NCBI RefSeq assembly: GCF_006345805.1
Contig: NW_021835463.1
Coordinates: forward strand, 1 to 64,000
Direction: 5' to 3'
Source of the DNA: Octopus sinensis
Lineage: Eukaryota
DNA: 64,000 nucleotides
Shown: piece after piece, positions 48,735-61,300 of the stretch
How positions within the stretch are numbered: position 1 is the first letter of the stretch
Layout: the number at the start of each line of letters is the position of its first letter
Notes under the pieces: model-generated
Database searches by the model: none
What the model saw: the letters and a program-made list of their open reading frames with translations, nothing else
What the model was told of the DNA's origin: nothing
Position numbers and translations under genes: made by a program

Positions 48735-49931
48735 TGGATGGCCATAATGGGACATCCGACTCACTAGAGAGAGCAGTTAAACTCCAAAAAATCGTAAAAG
48801 TGTGTCATATCTGAATAATATAATTGAGAGTTACTCCCCTCGCATATTATAATTTAACGAAAGTAATTAAATTACATTTACGGAAAGTAACTCTGGAAGA
48901 TGTTATCTAGTTATCTCCCTTCCGAGAGTTAATTTCCTAAAATAATTTTATTATTGTTAAAATATATATTCAAGGGAAGTAACTGTTAGAAGATACTGTG
49001 TAGTTATCTCCCTTAAGTATGTAGTTATCGTAATATACACTTTGTCGCTCTTAGACTCTTTCAGTTAATTCACTGTGACCATGGTGGAGCACCGCCTTTA
49101 GTGAAGCAAATCAACCACAGGAATTATTATTTGTAAGCCTATTACTTAATGTATAGGTCTCTTTTGCAGAACCGATAAGTTACTGCGTTTTCATTTCTGT
49201 GTGTGTTTGTGCGTATGTGAGTGTGTGAGAGTTTGGATGTGTAATTGTGTCTTTTTCGTTGCTATATGTGTGTGTGTGTTTTTGCGTGTGTAGGTATGTA
49301 ACTGTTTTCATTTCAGTGTTTGTGTGTGTGTGTGAATGATTTTATTTCTGTGTGTAAGTGTGTGTGAGCCTCTTTGTGTTTTTATTCGTTTGTGTGTGTG
49401 CGACAATTACAGCTACAACAAACACTTTAAGCATCTCTAAGATACCCACATTTGTATATCCCTAATTTCTAAATGAAAAGAAGTTCAATTTATTGCACCT
49501 TTAGCGACTTCAGATTTGCGAGTGTTAAGCACCCCGTATATACATACCTTGATCGGCCATAATTGGCCTCATTCGGAGATCTCTCGGGTGTGGAATATTT
49601 ATGACTATAGAAGTTAACTTGTTACAGGTTTTGTTTTTGGCTCAACTTTTGTAGATTTTGGAAGTCCATAGATGTTACTGGCTTTGCAGTCAAATCTAGT
49701 CAAGCAATTTGTCTCCTTGTTTGTTAAACCGTGTTGGAACTGGTGGATAAGAGTAGACAGTTTGGTCATTATCTTCGATTGACTGTAGTTGTTGATGCTT
49801 TTAACCGATACAGGTGTGTTTTACTCCCTGTATTTTAGCGGTTCGGCAAAAGAGAACAAGTTAGAATAAATACTAGGCTTACAAAGAATATGTGCTGCGG
49901 ACGATGTGCTCGATTAAAGGCGGCGCTCCAG

Positions 49932-49965
<34 letters not shown>

Positions 49966-52371
49966 CACATACAGATATACGTATATATACCCACACACGC
50001 ATATATATATAATCTAAAACAAAAATGAAACTTGATTATGTCCGAAGAGTAGTACTAGATAACATTATTACTTTATATATTTGTGGGGTGTAGTGAAATG
50101 TAAATGATTAGCTGGTCAATATTTATTTGACGTGTGGGTGTTTGTGCGTGTGTGAGGACAGTCCACCCATACCCAAGATTGTTGCGTTGTCTTATGGGAC
50201 CAGCCGCGAAAGTTCCAGACCCCATTAATGAACTCATTTGCATATCAACAATTAGGGCTCACATTGAAGTTGTCCGGTTAACAACAGTAGTGTCTGAATG
50301 GGAATTAGCTTGCTTACCTAACAATTACTTCCGAGTTCAGTCCCACTGAGTGGCACGTTAGGCAAATGTCTTCTACTAGCATATAGGCTCGAGGCGATAA
50401 CTGTCTCGAGTCTATATGATATTACTTTTCCAAATCCACCACTCTCGCGTGGTTTTCTCAGCAGTAAATATAAACTAGATAGATATTTATATATATGTTT
50501 CTGTGTCCCCAAAACCGCTTGACAACTGATGCTGGTCTTTTTACACCCCAGTAACTTCGGGAAAAGACGACCATAAATAATATTCTAGGCTGTCATAGAG
50601 TAAGTCCTAGTGTCGATTTGCTCTAGAAAAGCGTTAAAGGGTGTGTGTCACGTCTGAATTATATATTCTAGAGCTATTTCTCTCGCATATTATAATTTAA
50701 TAAAAGTAAAATAATTATATGTAAGGAAAGTAACTCTGGAAGATGTTATCTAGTTATCTCCCTTCCGAGAGTTAATATCCTAAAATATTTTATTATTGTT
50801 AAAATATAATATTCAAGGGAAGTAACTGTAGAAGATACTCTGTAGTTATCTCCCTTAAGTATGTAGTTATCTCCCTTAAGTATGTAGTTATCGTAATATA
50901 CACTTTGTCGCTCTTATACTCTTTCAGTTATTTCACTGTGACCATGGTGGAGCACCGCCTTTAGTCAAGCAAATCAACCCCAGCAATTATTCTTTGTATG
51001 CCTATTACTTAATGTATAGGTCTCTTTTGCAGAACCGATAAGTTACGGGGACGTAATGTTCGATGTACTGATTTAGTAGGTATTTATTTATTGTAAGAAC
51101 TTCAATTATCATAAATTATGGGCTAGGAAAAATACTAGAAACTTTTTTGATAGACCTATTGGGGCTCCTTGTGTGTGAGGGAGTGTGTTTATTTATGTGA
51201 ATGTGGGTATTTTCATTTCAGTGTTTGTGTGTGTGAGAGATAGTTTTTATTTCTGTGTGCGCGAGTGTGTGAGCGACTGAGTGTTTCTATTTGTTTGTGT
51301 GTGTGCGACATTTACAAAATACAACAAGCACTTTGACCATTTCTAAGATACCCACATTTGAGATCACTAACCACTAAATCAAAATAAGTTCAATTTATTG
51401 CACCTTTAGTGACTTGAGATGTTGCTCATATTTTTCCCATGTGTCGACAATGTATTAATTTCACAAGTGGATAAAAGAAATTCTCATACTGGCGTGGAGG
51501 GGGCTGATATTCTAACTGCGAGTGGAAAGCACCCAATGCCCCTTTACATTCTGAATAAATTGTATGTTTGTGCTAGTTAGGGTTAGGGTTTATGTGTGAG
51601 TGTGTAACTGTGTTTTCATTTCTGTGTGTGGTGCTTATGTTTGTGTGTATGTGTGTTTGTGCGTATGTTAATGTGTTAGAGTTGGATGTGTTACCGTATT
51701 TTCCATTTGTATTTGTGTGTCTGTGTTTGTGCATGTGTAGGTATGTAACTTTTCATTTCTGTGTTTGTCCGCGTGTTTGAGTGTGTGAATATGTATCTGT
51801 ATTTTTATTTTTTGTGCGTATGTGAGTGTTTTTGTGAGAATTTTTTTTTCAGTGTTTGTGTGCGTGGGACTTTTTATATGTGTGTGTGTTGCTATTTTCA
51901 TTTCAGTGTCTGTGTTTGTGTGAATGTTTTTATTTTTGTGTGTACGTGTGTGTGAGCGACTGTGTTTTTATTCGTTTGTTTGTGCGACGATTACAGCTAC
52001 AGCAGACACTTTAAGCATCTCCAAGATACCCACATTTGCAGATCCCTAAGTTCTAAATGAAAAGAAGTTCAATTTATTGCACCTTTAGCGACTTCAGATT
52101 TGCGAGTGTTAAGCACCCAATGCCTCCCGTATCTACATACCTGGATTGGCCATAATTGGCCTCATTCGGATATCTCTCGGGTGTGGAATATTTATAACTA
52201 TAGAAGTTAACTTGTTACAGGTTTTGTTTATGGCTTACCTTTTGTAGATTTTGGGAAGTTCATAGATGTTACTGGCTTTGCAGTGAAATCTAGTCAAGCA
52301 ATTTGTCTCCTTTTTTGTTAAATCGTGTTGGAACTGGTGGATAAAAGTAGACAGTTTGGTCATTACCTTGC

Positions 52372-55300
52372 AATTCAGGGGCACGTAATTCAGATGCATG
52401 TAATTTAGGGGCAGGTACTTCAGGTGAAGGTAATTTAGGGGCATTTAATTCATGGGCAGGTAATTGAGGGGCATGTAATTTAGGGCCAGGTAGTTCAGGT
52501 GCAGGTTATTCAGGGACTCAGGGGTAGATACTTCAGGGGCATGTAATTCTGGGGCAGGTAATTCAGGGGCATGTAATTCAGTTGCATGTAATTCATGGGC
52601 AGGTAATTCAGGGGTATGTAATTCAGGAGCATGTTATTCAGGGGCATGTCATTCAGGGAAGGTAATTCAGGTGCAGGTAATTCAGGGTTAGGTAATTCAG
52701 CGGCATGTAATTGAGGTGCAGGTAATTCAGGGGTAGGTAATTCAGGGCCATGTAATTCGTGGGTGGGTAATTCAGAGGAATGTAATTCAGGGGCATGTAA
52801 TTCAGGGGAAGGTTCCAGGGGCAGGTAATTCAGGGGTAATTCAGGGGCAGGTAATCCAGGGGCATGTAATTCAGATACAAGGTAATTCAGGGCATGTCAT
52901 TCACGGGCAGGTAATTCAGGGGCTGGTAATTTAGGGATAGATAATTCAGAGGCATGTCATTCAGGGGCAGGTCATTCAGGGTCATGTAATTTAGGGGCAG
53001 GTAGTTCATGGCCATTTAATTCATGGGCAGGTAATTGGGGGGCAGGTAATTCATGGGCAGGTAATTGAGGGGCATGTCATTCAGGGGCAGGTAATTTAGG
53101 GGCAGGTAATTCAGGTGTATGTAATTCAGGTGCAGGTTATTCAGGGACTCAGGGTTAGATAATTCAGGGGCATGTAATTCAGGTGTATGTAATTCAGGGG
53201 CATGTAAATCAGTTGCATGTAATTCAGGGGCATGTAATTCAGGTGTATGTTATTCAGGGGCAGGTTATTCAGGTATAGGTTATTCAGGGGCAGGTAATCC
53301 AGGGGTAACTAATTAAGGGGCAGGTCATTCAGGGGCATGTAATTTAGGGGCAGGTAATTCACGGGCAGGTAATTCACGGGCATGTAATTCAGGTGTATGT
53401 AATTTATGGGAAGGTTATTCAGGGGTATGTAATTCAGGGGCATGTCATTGAGGGGCAGGTAATTCATGTGCGGGTAATTGAGGGGAAGGTAATCCAGGTG
53501 CAGGTGATTTAGAGTAATGTCATTCATTGGCAGGTAATTCAGGGGCAGGTAATACAGAGCAATGTAATTTAGGGGAAGGTAATCCAGGGGGAGGTAATTT
53601 ATAGGAATGTCATTCATGGGCAGGTAATTCAGGGGCATGTAATTGAGGTGCAGGTAATTGAGGGGCTCGTAATCCAGGTGTATGTAATTCAGGGGCATGT
53701 AATTCGTGGGTGGGTAATTCAGAGGAATGTAATCCAGGGGCAGGTAATTCAGGCGTAATTCAGGGACAGGTAATTTAGAGGAATGTCATTCATGGGCAGG
53801 TAATCCAGGGGCATGTAATTCAGGGGCAGGTAATCGAGGTGCATGTCATTCACGGGCAGGTAATTTAGGGATAGATAATTCAGAGGCATGAAATTCAGGG
53901 GCAGGTCATTCAGGTGCATGTAATTAAGAGGCAGGTAATTCAGGTGCTTGTAATTCAAGGGCACGTAATTCAGATGCATGTAATTTAGGGGCAGGTACTT
54001 CAGGGGAAGGTAATTTAGGGGCATTTAATTCATGGGCAGGTAATTCACGGGCAGGTAATTCAGGGGCATGTAATTCTGGGGCATTTAATTCAGGTGCATG
54101 TAATTCATGGGCATGTAATTCAGGGGCAGGTAATTCAGGGTTAGGTAATTCAGCGGCATGTAATTGAGGTGCAGGTAATTGAGGGGCATGTAATTCAGGT
54201 GTCTGTAATTCAGGTGTATGTAATTCAGGGGTAGGTAATTCAGGCGCATATAATTCAGTGGCATGTAATTCGTGGGTGGGTAATTCAGAGGAATGTAATT
54301 CAGGGGCATGTAATTCAGGGGAAGGTAATCCAGGGGCAGGTAATTCAGGGGTTATTCAGGGCCAGGTAACTTAGAGGAATGTCATTCATCTGCAGGTAAT
54401 TTAGGGGCAGGTAATCCAGGGGCATGTAATTCAGATGAAAGGTAATTCAGGGGCATGTCATTCACGGGCAGGTAATTCAGGGGCTGGTAATTTAGGGATA
54501 GATAATTCAGAGGCATGTCATTCAGGGGCAGGTCATTCAGGGTCATGTAATTTAGGGGCAGGTACTTCAGGGGCATTTAATTCATGGGCAGGTAATTCAT
54601 GGGCAGGTAATTGAGGGGCAGGTAATTCAGGTGTATGTAATTCAGGTGCAGGTTATTCAGGGACTCAGGGGTAGATAATTCAGGGGTGTAATTCAGGTGT
54701 ATGTAATTCAGGGGCATGTAAATCAGTTGCATGTAATTCAGGGGCATGTAATTCAGGTGCATGTAATTCATGGGCAGGTAATTCAGGGGTATGCAATTCA
54801 GGGGCATGTCATTCAGGGAAGGTAATTCAGGGGCATGTAATTCAGGTGTATGTAATTCAGGGGCATGTCATTCACGGGTGGGTAATTTAGGGATAGGTAA
54901 TTCAGGGGCACATCATTCAGAGTCAGATCATTCATGTGCATGTAATTAAGAGTCATGTAATTTAGGGGCAGGTAATTCAGGGGTAATTCAGGGACAGGTA
55001 ATTTAGAGGAATGTCATTCATGGGCAGGTAATTCAGGGGCTTGTAATTCTGGGTTAGGTAATCCAGGGGCATGTAATTCAGGGGCAGGTAATCTAGGTGC
55101 AGGTAATTCAGGGTTATGTCAATCACGGGCAGGTAATTTAGGGATAGATAATTCAGGGGCAGGTCATTTAGGTGCATGTAATTGAGGGGCAGGTAATTGA
55201 AGGCCATGTAATTCAGGGGCAGTTAAATCAGGGGCATGTAATTCTGGGGAAGTTAATTCAGGTGTATGTTATTCAGGGGCAGGTTATTCAGGGGCAGTTA

Positions 55301-58300
55301 ATCCAGGGGTATATCATTCACTGGCAGGTAATTCCGGGCAGGTAATTTAGGGATAGATAATTCGGGCATATCATTCAGGGTCAGATCATTCATGTGCATG
55401 TAATTAAGAGGCATGTAATTGAGGGGCAGGTAATTCAGGTGTTTGTAATTCAGGGGCAGGTAATTCAGATGCATGTAATTTAGAGGCAGGTAATTCAGGG
55501 GTATGTAATTCAGGGGCAGGTAATTCAGGGGCAGGTAATTCAGAGGCAGGTAATTTAGAGGTATGTCATTCATTGGCAGATAATTCAGGGACATGTAATT
55601 AAGGGGCATGTATTTTAGGGGCAGGTAATTCACGGGCATGTAATTCAGGTGTATGTATTTTAGGGGCAGGTAATTCACGGGCATGTAATTCATGGGTAGG
55701 TAATTGAGGGGCAGGTAATTCACGGGCATGTAATTCAGGGACTCAGGGGCAGATAATTCAGGGGCATGTAATTCAGGAGCTGATAATTCAGGTGTATGTA
55801 ATTCAGGGGCATTTAATTCAGGTGCACTTCATTCAGGGGCAGGTAATTCAGGGGCATGTAATTCATGGGCGGGTAATTGAGGGGAAGGTAATCCAGGGGC
55901 AGGTGATTTAGAGGAATGTCATTCATTGGCAGGTAATTCAGGGGCAGGTAATTCAGAGGAAGGTAATTCAGGGGTAATTTAAGGACAGGTAATTTATAGG
56001 AATGTCATTCATGGGCAGGTAATTCAGGAGCTTGTAATTCAGGGGCAGGTAATTCAGGGGCATGTAATTCAGATGAAATGTAATTCAGGGGCAGGTATCT
56101 AGGTGCAGGTATTTCAGGGGTATGTCATTCACGGGCAGGTAATCTAGGTGGAGGTATTTCAGGGGTATGTCATTCACGGGCAGGTAATTCAGGGGCAGAT
56201 AATTTAGGGATAGATAATTCAGAGATATGTCATTCAGGGACAGGTCATTCAGGTGCATGTAATTAAGAGACATGTAATTGAGGGGCAGGTAATTCAGGGT
56301 CATGTAATTCAGGTGTTTTAATTCAGGGGCAGGTAATTCAGATGCATGTAATTTAGTTGCAGGTAATTCAGGGGCCGGTACTTCAGGGTTAAGTAATTAA
56401 GGGGCATGTCATTCAGAGCAAGGTAATTCAGACGCAGGTAATTGAGGGGCATGTAATTCAGGTGCAGGTAATTCAGGGGCATGTAATTAAGGGGCATGTA
56501 ATTCAGCGGCATGTAATTGAGGAGCAGGTAATTGAGGGGAATGTAATTCAGGGGAAGGTAATTCAGGGGCATGTAATTCAAGGGCATGTAATTCGTGGGT
56601 GGGTAATTCAGAGCAATGTATTTCAGGGGCATGTAATTCAGGTGCAGGTAATTCAGGTGCATGTAACTCAGGGGCAATAATTGAGGTGCAGATAATTGAG
56701 GGCAGATAATTGAGGGGCATGTAATTTAGGTGTATGTAATTCAGGGGTAGGTTATTCAGGGGCATGTAATTTAGGGGCATGTAATTCGTGGGTGGGTAAT
56801 TCAGAGCAATATATTTCAGGGGAAGGTAATCCAGGGGCAGGTAATTCAGGGGTAATTCAGGGACAGGTAATTCAGAGGAATGTCATTCATGGGCAGGTAA
56901 TTTAGGGGCAGGTAATCGAGGGGCATGTAATTCAGGGGCATGTAATTCAGATGAAAGGTGATTCAGGGGCATGTAATTCAGGGCAGGTAATCTAGGTGCA
57001 GGTAATTCAGAGGCATGTCATTCACGGGTAGGTAATTCAGGGGCCGGTAATTTAGGGATAGATAATTCAGAGGCATGTCATTCAGGGCAGGTCATTGAGG
57101 TGCATGTAAATAAGAGGCAGGTAATTCAGAGCCATGTATTTCAGGTGTTTGTAATTCAGGGGCAGGTAATTCAGATGCATGTAATTTAGGGGCAGGTACT
57201 TCAGGGGTATGTAATTCAGGGGCAGGTAATTGAGGGGAAGTTAATTCAGGTGTATGTTATTCAGGGGCAGGTAATTCATGGCCAGGTAATTCAGGGGCAT
57301 GTAATTTTGGGGCAGGAAATTCACGGGCAGGTAATTCACGGGCATGTAATTCAGGGGCAGGTAATTCAGGTGCAGGTTATTCAGGGACTCAGGGGTAGAT
57401 AATTCAGGGGCATGTAATTCAGGGTCAGGTAATTCAGGTGTATGTAATTCAGGGGCAGGTAATTCAGGGGCAGGTTAATCCGGGGCATGTAATTTGGGGG
57501 CAAGTAATTTAGGGGCAGGTAATTCATGGGCGGGTAATTGATGCGAAGGTAATCCAGGGGCAGGTGATTTAGAGGAATGTCATTCATTGGCAGGTAATTC
57601 AGGGGCACTTAATTTAGAGTGTAATTCAGGGGAAGGTAATCCAGGGGCAGGTAATTCAGGGGTAATTCAGGGAAAGGTAATTTATAGGAATGTCATTCAT
57701 GGGCAGGTGATTGAGGGGCATGTCATTCAGGGAAGGTAATTCAGGGGCCCATAATTTAGGGGCAGGTAATTCAAAGGCACGTAATTCAGGTGTATGTAAT
57801 TCAGGGGCAGGTAATTCAATTGCAGGTTATTCAGGGACATGTGACTCAGGGGCAGGTAATTCAGGTGTATGTAATTCAGGTGCATGTAATTCATGGGCAG
57901 GTAATTCAGGGGCATGTAATTCAGGGGAAGGTAATTTAGGGGCAGGAACTTCAGGGGCAGATTATTGAGTGTCAGGTTATTCAGGTATAGGTTATTCAGG
58001 ACAGGTAATCCAGGGGTATGTAATTAAGGGGCAGGTCATTCAGGGGCACGTAATTCATGGGATAAAATTCAGGGGATGGTAATTCAGGGGGAGGTAATTC
58101 AGGGGCACGTAATTCAGGGGCATGTTATTCAGGTGCAGGTAATTGAGGGGCATTTAATTAAGGGGCATGTAATTCTGGGTTAGGTAATCCAGGGGCATGT
58201 AATTCTGGGTTAGGTAATCCAGGGGCATGTAATTGAGGGGCATGTAATTCAGGGGTAGGTAATTCAGGGGCATGTAATTAATGGGTGGGTAATTCAGGGG

Positions 58301-61300
58301 AAGGTAATTCAGGGACAGGTAATTTAGAGGAATGTCATTCATGGGCAGGTAATTCAGGGGCATGTAATTCTGGGTTAGGTAATCCAGGGACATGTAATTC
58401 TGGGTCAGGTAATCCAGGGGCATGTAATTCAGGAGCATGTAATTCAGGGGCAGGTAATCTAGGTGCAGGTATTTCAGGGGCATGTCATTCTCGGGAAGGT
58501 AATTCATGGGCAGGTAATTTAGGGATAGATAATTCAGGGTCAGGTCATACAGGTGCATGTAATTAAGAGCCATGTGATTGAGGGGCAGATAATTCAGGGC
58601 CATGTAATTCAGGGGCAGGCAATTCAGATGCATGTAATTTAGGGGCAGGTAATTCAGGGGCATGTAATTCAGGTGTATCTTATTCTGGTGTATGTTATTC
58701 AGGGGCATGTAATTCAGGGGCATGACATTCACGGGCAGGTAATTCCGGGGCAGGTAATTTAGGGATAGATAATTGAGGGGCATATCATTCAGGGTCAGGT
58801 CATTCATGTGCATGTAATTAAGAGGCATTTAATTGAGGGGCATCTAATTCAGTTGTTTGTAATTCAGGGGCAGGTAATTCAGATGCATGTAATTTAGGGG
58901 AAGGTAATTCAGGGGTATGTAATTCAGGGGCAGGTAATTTAGAGGAATGTCATTCATTGGCAGATAATTCCGGGACATGTAATTCAGGGGCATGTAATTC
59001 AGGGAAAGGTAATTCAGGGGCAGGTAATTCAGGGGTATGTAATTCAGGGGTAGGTAATTCAGGGGCATGTAATTGAGGTGCATGTATGTAATTCAGGGGT
59101 AGGTAATTCAGGGGCATGTAATTCAGGGGCATGTAATTCAGGGGCATGTAATTCGTGGGTGGGTAATTCAGGGGAAGGTAATTCAGGGGCATGTCATTCA
59201 GGGGCATGTAATTCTGGGTCAGGTAATCCAGGGGCAGGTAATTCAGGGGCATGTAATTCAGATGAAAGGTAATTCAGGGGCATGTCATTCACGGGCAGGC
59301 AATTCAGGGGCTGGTAATTTAGGGATAGATAATTCAGAGGCATGTCATTCAGGGGCAGGTCATTCAGGGTCATGTAATTTAGGGGCAGGTACTTCAGGGG
59401 CAGGTAATTCAGGGGCAGGTAATCTAGGTGCAGGTATTTCAGGGGCATGTCATTCCGGGGCAGGTAATTCAGGGGCATGTAATTTAGGGGCAGGTAATTC
59501 AGGTGTATGTAATTCAGGTGCAGGTTATTCAGGGACTCAGGGGTAGATAATTCAGGGGCATGTAATTCAGGTGTATGTAAATCAGGGGCATTTAAATCAG
59601 TTGCATGCAATTCAGGGGCATGTCATTCAGGGGCATGTCATTCTGGGAAGGTAATTCAGGGGCAGGTAATTCAGGGCTAGGTAATCCAGGGGCAGGTAAT
59701 TCAGGGGCATGTAATTGAGGGGCATGTAATTCAGGTGTATGTAATTCAGGTGTATGTTATTCAGGGGCAGGTTATTCAGGTATAGGTTATTCAGGGGCAG
59801 GTAATCCAGATCTAACTAATTAAGGGGCATGTCATTCAGGGGCATGTAATTTAGGGGCAGGTAATTCACGGGCATGTAATTCAGGTGTATGTAATTTATG
59901 GGAAGGTAATTCAGGGGTATGTAATTCAGGGGCATGTCATTGAGGGGCAGGTAAATCGGGCATGTAATTCATGTGCGGGTAATTGAGGGGAAGGTAATCC
60001 AGGTGCAGGTGATTTAGAGTAATGTCATTCATTGGCAGGTAATTCAGGGGCAGGTAATACAGAGCAATGTAATTTAGGGGCAGGTAATCCAGGGGCATGT
60101 AATTCAGATGAAAGGTAATTCATGGGCATGTCATTCACGGGCAGTTAATTCAGGGGCTGGTAATTTAGGGATTGATAATTCAGAGGCATGTCATTCAGGG
60201 GCAGGTCATTCAGGGTCATGTAATTTAGGGGCAGGTAATTCAGGGGCATTTAGTTCATGGGCCGCTAATTGGGGGGCAGGTAATTCATGGGCAGGTAATT
60301 GAGGGGCATGTCATTCAGGGGCAGGTAATTCAGGGGCATGTTATTTAGGGGCAGGTAATTCAGGTGTATGTTATTCAGGTGCAGGTTATTCAGGGACTCA
60401 GGGGTAGATAATTCAGGGGCATGTAATTCAGGTGCATGTAATTCATGGGCAGGTAATTCAGGGGTATGCAATTCAGGGGCATGTCATTCAGGGGCATTTC
60501 ATTCTGGGAAGGTAATTCAGGGGCAGGTAATTCAGGGCTAGGTAATCCAGGGGCAGGTAATTCAGGGGCATGTAATTGAGGGGCATGTAATTCAGGGGTA
60601 GGTTATTCAGGGGCAGGTAATCCAGGGCTAACTAATTAAGGGGCATGTCATTCAGGGGCATGTAATTTAGGGGCAGGTAATTCACGGGCAGGTAATTCAC
60701 GTGCATGTAATTCAGGTGTATGTAATTTATGGGAAGGTAATTCAGGGGTATGTAATTCAGGGGCATGTCATTGAGGGGCAGGTAAATCGGGCATGTAATT
60801 CATGTGCGGGTAATTGAGGGGAAGGTAATCCAGGTGCAGGTGATTTAGAGTAATGTCATTCATTGGCAGGTAATTCAGGGGCAGGTAATACAGAGCAATG
60901 TAATTTAGGGGCAGGTAATCCAGGGGCATGTAATTCAGATGAAAGGTAATTCATGGGCATGTCATTCACGGGCAGTTAATTCTGGGGCTGGTAATTTAGG
61001 GATAGATAATTCAGAGGCATGTCATTCAGGGGCAGGTCATTCAGGGTCATGTAATTTAGGGGCAGGTACTTCAGGGGCAGGTAATTCAGGGGCATTTAGT
61101 TCATGGGCCGGTAATTGGGGGGCAGGTAATTCATGGGCAGGTAATTGAGGGGCATGTCATTCAGGGGCAGGTAATTCAGGGGCATGTAATTTAGGGGCAG
61201 GTAATTCAGGTGTATGTTATTCAGGTGCAGGTTATTCAGGGACTCAGGGGTAGATAATTCAGGGGCATGTAATTCAGGTGTATGTAATTCAGGGGCATGT

